Shown here: positions 1 through 9,889 of the stretch, piece by piece
How positions within the stretch are numbered: position 1 is the stretch's first letter
Layout of the letters: every line of letters starts with the position of its first letter
Source of the DNA: Asterionella formosa
Lineage: Eukaryota
Assembly (NCBI GenBank): GCA_002256025.1
Contig: NKIB01012822.1
Span: 1 to 64,000 of the forward strand
DNA length: 64,000 nt
Direction: 5' to 3'
Made by a program: the position numbers and the translations under genes
The notes under the pieces: model-generated
Databases searched by the model: none
What the model was told of the DNA's origin: nothing
Seen by the model: the letters and a program-made list of their open reading frames with translations, nothing else

Positions 1-231
1 TTGAATCAGCATGGGGTATCTCAAACAACCATCTCCACTGACAGTGCCAATCCCACTCAGGCAATTATGAATTCAATTATTGCTTCAAACATGATTTCAA
101 TGCAGCAAACAATGCAAAGCCAAAATCTAACCTAGACAGCAGGTGCCAATGCACAACAAACTTTGTCTGCCTCAACTCAATGTCAAACACCAAAAAACAA
201 CAGTGATAGCAGTAGTAGTGATGATGAATAA
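1..231 (+). pseudogene. 3' end of a Q/S/N-rich ORF convergent on the transposase; possible second (Myb/SANT-type) ORF of the Harbinger element, truncated by the window edge
   Basis: Frame 1 reads LNQHGVSQTTISTDSANPTQAIMNSIIASNMISMQQTMQSQNLT*TAGANAQQTLSASTQCQTPKNNSDSSSSDDE*. There is one internal TAG at 133-135 and a TAA at 229-231, 75 bp from the transposase stop. No domain is visible in the window. Confidence 0.35.
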
Positions 232-305
232 CCTTAAATGAATTCATTCTTATATAATGTGAAAGAAGTGGTGCTAAATAATCATGAAGGAATAATTTCT
301 TTGAA

Positions 306-1526
306 TTACATGGCATATCTATTTGCATTCCTATGCAAATAGGGCATACACACTGAAGCAATTTGGTTCTGACCAACTTTGCTAGCACGAAAGTTGTAGA
401 GCAATACAATCATTTGGAGAATTAATTTTCTCTCACCTTTTTCTTCATATCGAAATTTGTCTTTGATTCTCGGAAATGATCCCTGAAGGCATCGCATTCC
501 CCATTCCGACAGCTGTCGGATGGAGGTGGCTTGGCGATTCATACCAAATCTTTGTCGAGGATTACCATTTGCATCAACATTGTTTTGATGCGATTTCAAC
601 ATTGCATTTGATTTTTTAGATGCAAATGCTGAATCCACAACTACTTTTTTGCCTGTATCCCTGTAAACTGTTTCAATTTGATCATAGATCGATGACCAAA
701 TTGCCATGGTGGAGTCATGTAGAACACCAGGTGCATTGAAATATGAGCAGCGAATTTTTCCATCAGGCGAAAAAAGAAACAAGTTTGTCACATAGTGTTC
801 ATGGGTCCATCCATTGTAGAAGTTGTTCTGCTGTGTTTCATTTCCAGCCCGTTGCAGGGTCAGTTTCAGACCATCCATTGCTCCCCAACAATTTGTTATA
901 AGTGGGTATTTCTGATTGATCATGGTTGCAAACAAGGTGGCTTCGTCTGCACTAGGCAGTCTCAAAACGGCATCTTCATGTGTCAGCAGTACTTTTACAA
1001 TCATTTTCCTTGAAAACCTCAACCAAACACTCAAAGAACCATGAGTTAATCCGAAAATAATCTAAAGGATCATATAGGAACCACGAGTCAGTCCTGGCCC
1101 ATGCCAACCCAAGCGCTAGACAACTGATGGAACAGAGGTATCTTTGCTGACCTTTCTTGGTTGTTGAATTTCTAACAATGAAATCCGTATTTTTCCTACA
1201 GGGAGTAAAGGAATAAAAACAAGGTTTGAACAGCTGGTGTAGGAGCTCGAAAGAAGCATGGTCAAACCACACAAGGTAATCAGAGCATCATCATGCTGTT
1301 GAACAAAGTCCAGAATGGACTCGATAATGGATGCTGTAGTGCGTGGTGACGGATTTTGCCACTTCTTCTTCTGACCTCATCAACAGTCAAACTTTCCCTG
1401 AACGATGGTGTCCTATTTACTGGTGGATAGCACATTGCTAACAGTAGCAATGTGATCATAATGTCAGCATCATCATCATCATCATCATCATCAGGAGATG
1501 AGATGAGATGAGATGAAAGTCGACAT
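306..1526 (-). pseudogene. PIF/Harbinger (DDE_Tnp_4, HARBI1-like) transposase, 5' half disrupted
   Basis: ORF 306-1034 has the motifs CWGAMDG, PGVLHDS, VVVDSAF, RQLSEWGM..LQGSFPR and LLYNFR. The upstream part is recoverable across frameshifts. A 4-bp duplication (AGTCAGTC at 1086-1093) breaks W-A-R-T-R-G-S-Y, there is a premature TAG at 1062-1064, and further indels lie near 1265-1300. Candidate ATG at 1526, upstream of a poly-Asp tract. Confidence 0.85.
1468..1515. repeat. Compound microsatellite (CAT)n + (GAGAT)n
   Basis: Directly visible; lies in the decayed transposase N-terminus. Confidence 0.9.
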
Positions 1527-3005
1527 GGTCAGTGACCGACAATGATGAATATATAGAACTCATGTGTATAATGAACAAGAGGCGGCATAGCATACAAGAG
1601 GATGCATCGATATGAAAATTTAACTGTTGAAAATTAAAGTTAAAAATATATATAATGTCAGAGAAGTAATCTAAAATATCTCAAATATCAGAGCGCAAGG
1701 ACGATATTATGTAGCAGATCACCAGAATAATTTGTGTTATTATACACACATGATATAATAATTTTCTATTATCAGAGCGCGCCCATTCCTTTATGTTTCA
1801 TGTTGAAGCATTACCTTTTCTAGATCTATCCATTGTACGACAATGAAGGCTATAGACAGAGATGTTTGTTTCTCTTTTATTGCTATATTCTTATTGTGGT
1901 GACTAAGATAGTATTAGGTTTGTTCAGTTTGAATAATCAAACAAGCAAAGCAACTATTCTTTAAATCCTGTTTGCATTTGTCAGATCATATATTTATAGA
2001 TAGGTCAATGATATGTCTACCTCACATTCATTCATCATTGGTTTATATCCATTGATCATTAGCTTCAAATGATCGGTCTTCCGAATACTAGTCTATATTG
2101 TCCAGCTCATTATACCAGAAAAATAATGTATGGTTGATGTGATCTTGGTGCACCCAAAGTCAACTCAAATGACTGTGAGTCATAACTATTAGGATGAACT
2201 CATTTTGGCAATGTTTCTCCATGATTATTTTGGAAATACTAGCCACTGAGATATGCCTCAAGCACCATAAACCATGAGAAAACTACTAGCAATACTAAGT
2301 CAACCAGTTGATTGACAATGATGAAGCTTTTGGTAGTAGTGTCAGTCATGTAATAAAAAGGATTAATGATAGCAAACTATATGAATGCAATGATAGAGAA
2401 TATTTTTTGTTTTGGGACACTTTGACAATCTGATGGATCTGCAGGCGGCCATTCGCTATGTAATTTGTATGCAGTTGGCTGGCATTCCAAATATTGATGG
2501 CCTAACAAACCAATCTGTTTCTTGTCTGGTTTTCGATGTCCGACTTGAAGGATATTTCTTTGACTTCATTTCGCAAGCTTTCTTTCAGATCAAAACATTC
2601 CTCATATCATCATTATCAATGCTTCCACAAGAAAGAGGAGGAATGAAGATGGAAAACTGAGTGAGAATCTGGTGGACCAAGGTGTGCTACAATATCTGGT
2701 GGTCTGCTGCTTATTTGTTGGTACATTCTCCACCTGCTTTGTCTATGTAGTTCCTTGGATTCTGGGTGGTGAGGCAGACAACAAACAGGTTTAAGCCCAG
2801 GTGATGAATCGGTTGCCGATACTATGTAAACAGCCGTGATGCTAGTCGAACCATGCAGGGGGGGGTCCTCGACGTTTCCGCTAGCTAGTAAAAAAAGTTA
2901 GAATGTTTTATAGCCCATTCGTACTCCCCTATTTCTAGGTAAGTTTGTCATTGTTGTACTAGCTGCCAACAAGACCTGTGCTTCCCTAGTTTTGTTAGCA
3001 TAGGT

Positions 3006-3180
3006 GAGTCCCCAACCACCTTTCGCGAAAGGTGATCATCTTAGCCGCAGCGTTAGGGGAAACTCCGACCGCCTAGGAAGGCGGCACAAGCTGCTTGTAG
3101 GGGGGCAACCCACTGTTTATTGCACACCAGGCACGACCGTGCGGGACGGTAAGGAGAACAGTGTGGGAGTCGAACCCAAC
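3006..3180. other. GC-rich multi-hairpin segment, candidate structured RNA or SINE body
   Basis: Perfect 18-bp palindrome CACCTTTCGCGAAAGGTG (3017-3034), CCGCCT-AGGA-AGGCGG (3069-3084), ACAAG-CTG-CTTGT (3086-3098), GGG-GCAA-CCC (3102-3111), GCAC-GACC-GTGC (3131-3142), and a T-arm-like TGGG-TTCGACT-CCCA on the minus strand (3164-3178). Confidence 0.4.
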
Positions 3181-3191
3181 AATTGTTTCTC

Positions 3192-3272
3192 AAAAAAATT
3201 GCGGGAATCGAACCTCACAACCTCGCTTAGATCAAAGCAAGGCAACGTGCTAAACCACTAAACCATTCCCTC
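3192..3272 (-). ncRNA. Degenerate tRNA-like Pol III unit (tRNA pseudogene or SINE head)
   Basis: On the minus strand: A-box TGGTTTAGTGG (3265-3255), D-arm-like continuation TTTAGCAC, B-box GGTTCGATTCC (3214-3204), T7 run (3198-3192), and TATAAATA upstream (3294-3287). The acceptor stem and anticodon arm do not fold canonically. Confidence 0.5.
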
Positions 3273-4161
3273 GTTTCCACTAGTACTATTTATATCAAAT
3301 AATATTTTACTATATGGAAAAAGATGTAAGAAGCTAAATTAATTTTGTACGCTTTAAGTATAAGGATTCTAGCTACTTCACGTTCCAAGTAGGGAAATAC
3401 CAGAGCTAAAACTTCTATCTGCACACAACAAAGTTTTCCTTGTGATAGACTTTATGTCACTCCTTACAATTTGGAAAATTCGGCTTTTGAATTTTACCTT
3501 TCAAGTAAAAGAAAATTACTAGCTATATTACATGAAATAGCTGATCGACAATGGTGATCTTTTTGGTTGTGTTGGGAACCTAATTATCAGGTTTAAGGTT
3601 CCTGCTTTCTTTTGAACAACCCTTACTAGCTTGAACTAAATTTTGATTCATATGAATCAAACACACACTTTTCACAAGTAAAATATATTTGTACAACTAG
3701 CCCTAGTTAGTACATGGAGCTAGTTGTAACCATTTGAAAGCCTTTCCATTGGCTTGGATACAGTCGTTGGTCTAAGTACGCACGGTAACGGTCAACTCTA
3801 TATAACATCAGGGTATAGGGTCTTGAAAGAAACTGCAGAAAGAAAGATATGTCCTTCTACCAACCTAAAAAGACTAGAAAAACTCGGGGTCAACATGTTT
3901 TCTTGGCATCGTTCCTTTCTGCAGTTTCTCAATCCAACAGAAGTTATATATTATAACGATGATACAGGTGAAAGTGAAGTATGATAAACTTGTCTTATTC
4001 ATTGTACATTGTTGTTATTGCCCTACCACAAATAGAGTAGTTTTAAGGCGCTATAAAAAGTGAAATTAATAACAGTAAGCAACGAATCCAACATGATGGT
4101 CAATGTAAACACATCATATCACTACACTGAATCTCGGAAATTGAAATATCTCATCAATTCG

Positions 4162-4278
4162 CGATTTTCAACTTCTTCACCTGTTGCTGAATCTTGGCAG
4201 CATTCCATTTTGCTTACGCTTTCGCAAAAGCTATAATTGCTGCCATGATTCAACGACAGGTGAAGAAGCTGAAAATCG
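4162..4278. repeat. Long imperfect inverted repeat (41-bp arms, 35-nt spacer)
   Basis: 4162-4202 is the reverse complement of 4238-4278 with 4 differences. The spacer contains an inner TTTTGC...GCAAAA stem. Confidence 0.85.
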
Positions 4279-5352
4279 AACTGACAGCGATTAATCCCTC
4301 ATTTCGGATTGTTCGATTGCCATCAAAACTGATAAGAATTCTTTTACAATAAATTTTTTACCTTGCATGATTTACAGCCTTTGCCTTTGCGTTATCAGTT
4401 AGACAAAAGATTGTTGTTTGAACTTTTGAATTGCGGCATCGGAAAGGTCAAAAATCTACGAGGAAAGTACCTGGTATGGTGGCTGCCCGACTTTTTTAGC
4501 AGCAATCGGCTTGATGAAATTGACTACTGACATGGTGACCATGACTGCAACATTAGCAAACAACTCAAGAAACCAATTTCTAGCCAATAGCAGTTTAGTT
4601 AGATCAACCCCACCCCTGTTAGAATTTCCGTCGCTTCATTAGCTATATCGTACGGAAATTATGTTCTGAGATCCTTTGTGTGGAGCACTAAAAGCCGATT
4701 TTCTTGGCTATGACAAGAAGATCTGCTTGCGAGACAGCCCAGTTTCCGTTATCATTACATTCTTGCATATGCCGTTCCAATGACAGTAATGATGTACAAT
4801 GTCTGCCTTATAAAAGAGAAAAGCATCACACTAGCTAAAAGATTCTTGATTCAGGGTAATTTCTAAGCATGTATTCAAAAACTCAGTGAATCGTTAATAC
4901 CCAGCCAAGCTTCTGTTTAGCTTCTTCTCCACCTTCTTCGTTATACCCTGAATTTGGTGAAAACAGACACAAAAAAATGGCCCGTAAAAATGCACATAGG
5001 ATAAGAACTTATTCATTAGGGCAGACTTCAACCATCAAATACCCAATACAAAGAGTGCAGATAAGATGTTGGATCATACAAATATTGTTGCTAATATATT
5101 GCAACTCCAATTCTTTACTCTAGCCTCAAATAAATGATGAAATGTGGATTTAACAATTCCTTTATATTTTCATAAATTGTTCTGGGTAGCTAGCTAACAA
5201 GTGAACTCTAAAAATATGCAGGATATTGGGATTCAAGTGAAAGGAATTTTATGAAGAACCAGATAAGTTGGAATGAAGAATTGCGTCATTGCAGTTAATT
5301 TTTACTTTTTTTTTATGTTTGGACACATACAGCAAAGATAAAGAATATATTC

Positions 5353-6621
5353 TTACAAAAAAAAGGCAAGGCCCAGCCTGCGTGCCACATTCTCATACCC
5401 CCCAAACTGCTCAATTTGTTGATGCAAGTCATTCCGACCAGCTGCATCAAGATTGTATTTTGATGGCATGCGGATAAGAGTTATCTTCAAGGGGGCTTTT
5501 TTCTTCATTTGTTCTGCTCGAATAAATTCCAACAAGTCAATGGCAAAAGGTACACTAAATGCACCAAAGTAGACGCCTTCATAATCGCCACGCCCGGGAT
5601 TGCCCCCTTTTGTCGGACATTTCATGCTAAACCGACTTGCCAGGGCTCTTCGTCCGCCATATCTCTGAATTAGATAAAAGAGAGTATCGTAAGAATGTTT
5701 CTGAATCTCTGTTGACATTGGAAATGAGGAAAAATCCCCTTCGTGAAATTCGTCCAGATATTCTTTCAAATTCTTCAGCAAGTCAAGTTGTCCTTCAAAG
5801 TAAAACCATTCGCGAAGAGGCACCAAGCCACAAAGCTTGCAAATCTTTGCTGGGCCTCCATATCTAAAAATACACTGCCTCAATCCATGTCTTCCAGATT
5901 CACCTATTTCAGCTGGTTGAGGCATCCAGACGGCAGGTCGATTGCGAACAACTTGACATTCATCAAGGTATTCATACAGCTGTTGAACAAAGATGGTACG
6001 ATTCCAAAAATCTCTAGGATTTCGAGATTTTCGATGTGCCCACTTTTTATCGTGTGATTCTGACGTTTGTCCTCGTGCTTTCTTCTGTTGAGGAGACAGT
6101 GGCGGACTTTCACGGGATAGTCCGAGGTGGGGACAGCTTTTGAAGAGTTGTTTTAGTTCAGATGATTCGTTCACTGCTGCTTTCCAACGTCCCGGCATAA
6201 TTTCAGCGCCACCCAGATCTTCAGCGAGGAGTTCTCGTCCTCCATATTTTTCAATAACACTTCTCAGATCATGTCGATTCAAGTGTACCAGAAGCGCTTG
6301 ATTCGGAATGGTTGGTGGTCTCGTTTGGGAAACTGTGACGTTTAGCTCCAACCAGAAGGTCCGAAACGCATGCTCTACGTTGACGATACTGGACCAGTAA
6401 TTTCTAGGCTTGCGGTGAATCGATGTACGACGTGTTCTTCGCTCGCGTTGTTCACAGAGGCGTGAGGTGATTGTTGGCTGGTGGCTGTGGCTGTGACTGT
6501 GACTGTGACTGCGACTGCCCAATGCATCATTTGGCGCAAATCCAGAATCGACATTGTCAGATGTCGTAGCCAATATCAAGAGCGTTAACCAGGGGCCACG
6601 AATTCTTCGCAACCTTTTCAT
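5353..6621 (-). CDS. Hypothetical protein with a signal-peptide-like N-terminus and four helical P..L...GR.DL...I..YGG...A..LG repeats
   Basis: Intact 422-aa ORF with a hydrophobic N-terminus, an SH dipeptide tract and four recognisable internal repeats. Confidence 0.8.
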   Translation of the reverse strand: MKRLRRIRGPWLTLLILATTSDNVDSGFAPNDALGSRSHSHSHSHSHQPTITSRLCEQRERRTRRTSIHRKPRNYWSSIVNVEHAFRTFWLELNVTVSQTRPPTIPNQALLVHLNRHDLRSVIEKYGGRELLAEDLGGAEIMPGRWKAAVNESSELKQLFKSCPHLGLSRESPPLSPQQKKARGQTSESHDKKWAHRKSRNPRDFWNRTIFVQQLYEYLDECQVVRNRPAVWMPQPAEIGESGRHGLRQCIFRYGGPAKICKLCGLVPLREWFYFEGQLDLLKNLKEYLDEFHEGDFSSFPMSTEIQKHSYDTLFYLIQRYGGRRALASRFSMKCPTKGGNPGRGDYEGVYFGAFSVPFAIDLLEFIRAEQMKKKAPLKITLIRMPSKYNLDAAGRNDLHQQIEQFGGYENVARRLGLAFFL

Positions 6622-6710
6622 GGCACTGACTTGAACAGCAGCGGACGAAGTACAGTGTCACAGCGTTCTTGACATGTGCAACGTGATACTAACAATATTG
6701 AGTTGTGGTA

Positions 6711-6785
6711 AGTACCTGGTGGGGAGTACCAGGTACCTGGTACCGGTACCGCCGGTATGTAGCTGGAACAACGGTACTGGTACGA
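6711..6785. promoter_or_regulatory. GGTACC/TACCGGTA motif cluster upstream of the 5353-6621 gene
   Basis: gtaccaggtacctggtaccggtaccgccggta about 100 bp upstream of the start codon. Regulatory role is inferred from position. Confidence 0.45.
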
Positions 6786-7028
6786 GGCTGAAAACTAAAT
6801 AGAATACCAGATACCAGCAAGTCGCGCTCATTTTGTTCCTGAAAAATAGTAACCAAAATATAAACAAGTGCTGAACATATCACGACAAAAGCATACCGGT
6901 ATGCTGCCGGACACAGAGAAATACAGTTACCAATTGTTGTAAATCAACAGAATAATACCGACATGATCAATGTGATTTAACATGGGTTTTAGGCGCAAAA
7001 TATTATATACAGTAGGGTCAGGGTTTTT

Positions 7029-7511
7029 GTGCCTGACTTCCAGATACTAACCAATTGGGCGATACTCACACATGCCGAAAAAGAAGAAGTTGTTGCTACA
7101 GCCATAGTACGAAACATCAGAAATGGAGGTGGGGATTTCTATCAATTTGATGTTGCAGCGAAATCATGGGGAATGCCAATTTCGAATGGGACATCAATTG
7201 CTTATGCCAGGATTCCTCTCACTGCTCAATATACGGCTGAGCTTGAGGAAACAAGTAAAGCAAGCATCAATGAATGGGAGGCTTACATAAAAACCAGTCG
7301 GGATGTCGGCCTCATGACCTTAATCAGGTTTCATCAAACAACCGACTCACTACAATGGGCTTGTAATTTCTCCAAATTCCTCCTGATTCCTATTCTCGTC
7401 ATTCAGTTCATTGTTCTGATTGTGATGGCTATCAGTACTTGTGGATATCATGTATGTAGAACATCACCGCCTATTTTCTACAATGAACTGTCTCTAAAGA
7501 GCAATATTTAG
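7029..7511 (+). CDS. Possible hypothetical membrane protein or gene fragment
   Basis: 160-codon open frame with one C-terminal hydrophobic segment (FLLIPILVIQFIVLIVMAI). It opens on GTG, and no convincing ATG or upstream exon was found. Confidence 0.3.
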   Translation: MPDFQILTNWAILTHAEKEEVVATAIVRNIRNGGGDFYQFDVAAKSWGMPISNGTSIAYARIPLTAQYTAELEETSKASINEWEAYIKTSRDVGLMTLIRFHQTTDSLQWACNFSKFLLIPILVIQFIVLIVMAISTCGYHVCRTSPPIFYNELSLKSNI

Positions 7512-7611
7512 AGTATAGACTATACTCCAAAAAGTCTGAAAGAACAACAGATGCACAATATTCGAAATGACACCTTGCTGGACGATGGAATTTCTTGCTA
7601 TTACAGCAACT

Positions 7612-8764
7612 CTACATTTCACCACGGTCAACCAGGATAGAAGGAACCACTGCAGCAACAGCATCGACCTCAGTCAAAGCACGGCAGCGCTTCTTGCAAA
7701 TGTAGGCATAATGACACCTAAAGAGCTTGAGGGTTAGGTAAGCAAGAAACTTACAAATTGTTGACACGCTCAATTGTGCATAGGGCCCACATACCTTTGA
7801 CCATTGTGATGCGCATCATCATGTTTACCGTTCTTGGGAATAGTGTGAATGCCGACCTTTTCCCACCATTCATCGTGCTCATTCTCAAAATGCACAATGC
7901 GAGACTCAGGGTTTCCATGCGTAACCACAATCATTGTGCCGCCTCGCAAGAGGCGGTGACATTCTGCCATCATGCGGCGAACATTATGACCAGGTTTTTG
8001 AAGGATGGCATCCATGCATCCCTTGCACACAATGATATCAAAAGAGTAATCATCAAATGGAAGGCCTACGGTGACATCGGCACAGACAAATGTCATAGCA
8101 TGCTTCATTTGGTTCGAGTCCAGAACAATGTTACTGAAGCGTTGGTAATCTGCGTCATTGTACTGCACCCGTAAATATATCATAACGTGAGAACTCGTGG
8201 GATTACAAGAGCAAAAATTAAAAGCAAGCCATTACCTTTTGCTGCATTTGTTCAATCACCACATCGGAAAAATCCACATTTGTAATTCCACCAGTCCATC
8301 CATCCTGTAGCATGTCTTCCGAAAATCGCGAATTTCCACATCCCAAGATCAGTACCCTGGCTTGCGCCTTCGAAGGCTGGAAGTTGGAAGAAATGCTTTC
8401 GCCTTGATGACAGTTGGTCGTCAATTCTAAAGCGCGACATGGTTGGGAGAGATCAATTCCATATGAAGCAGACAGGATACCAGGAGTCAATAGTTGACGA
8501 ATGCTGTGATAGGACTGGTACCATTCATATGGTTCTTTGTCTCTGAATTTGAAAAATTAGAATAGAGGCCAAGATGAGCAACAAATTCGAAACATTTAAG
8601 AGCCAACAGCTTCCATGACCAGAAGGGGCGAAACCCCTGATACTGAAGCACGTTACGCGTGTTTCTTCGCAAGAACCAGGGAGAGACAAGAAATCCATCA
8701 AAAGATCGTTCACTCACACAGTGTATCGATTATTCCAGTAACCCTTCTCTCCATAAAGTACCAT
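7612..8764 (-). CDS. Class I SAM-dependent methyltransferase, METTL13-N/EEF1AKMT4-like; 4 exons (8764-8718, 8542-8236, 8162-7795, 7717-7612)
   Basis: Splicing at GT-AG sites gives MVLYGEKGYWNNRYTVDKEPYEWYQSY...VLILGCGNSRFSEDM...NVDFSDVVIEQM...FDIIVCKGCMDAI...HYAYICKK in one frame. Confidence 0.85.
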
Positions 8765-9889
8765 GTTGGATCGTGTATCTTAGAATTGATCTCTGGTATA
8801 GCCGATTGCAAGGAACAGATCTGGCACGGGCGGTTCCCAGTAAATATAGACTTGATAGTATTCGATAAATCAGCAACACAACGATTAAAGTTCTTGATTA
8901 ATTTGGGTGACAAATCCAAACTGTGAGCTCACGTCCTCGTTTCGAATCACATTCAAAACGAAAAACGGTTTTTGCGGTGGAAGGAGGCTTTCGAAATTCA
9001 CGCCATGGCTTGTTGCGAACATCATATTGCAGCACCCATAGTGACAAATCAAACGTTTGGGTTCTTTGTCGGTACACTGTGGAGGTATGTTGTGGCACAA
9101 GATGCTTCTGGCGAAGGATGCATCATCATGACCAACTACGGTAATATTAATTAGGTGGCATCAGCAGGAGATGGAAACAAAAGTGATCATCGATATCAAA
9201 ATATTGTTGGGGAGTGATAATGATAATACCGGTACATACGACAACCCGGTAAGCAATAATAGTATTGCCTATTTTTTAGCTTCGTGCAGCCAATATCATA
9301 TTTTTATGTTGTAAAAAAGTAAGGTCAAGTACCGGTACTTCTTCCCGTCTGACAGGTGTCCTCTTACGTAGGTATTACGTGATGCTGCTAGCCTTCGTCC
9401 TAGTTTTCGCTATTGACCTTAGTACTCTGTCAATTCTCACTGTTTCTTAATTATTATATAAGCTTAAACTAAAACTAAGTTTCAATCCCATTCATCACAC
9501 TTTGAGAACCTGTTCTTCGTGTTCCCTTTTCGTTGGCGTAAACCTACTTCTGATTGATCTAAAACATCGATCTTGTTAGCAATCTTCTTGACATGGGAAC
9601 GCACCATTTGACTCACAGTCCTTGTGACTCATTACGGCCATTGATGCTATATTCTTGACATAGCTATTTATATAGACTGTCACTTCGTATGTACATTTTC
9701 GGTACAATATGTTGCATCCTCCTTTTTTTGCTTTGACTATCATCACACAAAATAATAATGTGTGCCGCCATTGCCATCCATCGCCTTCATGGACTGCAGG
9801 TCAAACAAGAATCAGGACCTATGCCAGCTGCAAAGGCCAACGCTGGATGCTTCTCTTTTCGTAGATCTGTGTTGCTTCCTTAAATTAAA

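Larger units (their letters stand above)
1..1784. mobile_element. Decayed PIF/Harbinger DNA transposon; right boundary tentative, left end outside the window
   Basis: Transposase pseudogene, a convergent ORF fragment, and an AT-rich subterminal region ending in ATCAGAGCGCGCCC (1771-1784). The partner TIR is not in the window. Confidence 0.5.

Noticed and set aside
3052..3059. GTTAGGG/CCCTAAC as a telomerase RNA template in the structured segment
   Set aside because: Only a 7-nt match, expected by chance, and it appears to lie in a paired stem.
3001..3066. Hammerhead ribozyme (TGAGTCCCC...GGGGAAAC)
   Set aside because: The CUGANGA core is absent and the flanking stems I and III cannot be built.
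3199..3272. Functional tRNA gene
   Set aside because: No acceptor stem pairing, a mismatched T-stem, and no assignable 7-nt anticodon loop. Kept only as tRNA-like.
2867..3285. Helitron 3' ends at two GTTTCC..CTAG|T motifs
   Set aside because: No convincing subterminal GC hairpin and no Rep/helicase remnants.
3754..3984. 76-aa ORF as a gene
   Set aside because: Non-ATG start, no recognisable motif and no supporting exons found.
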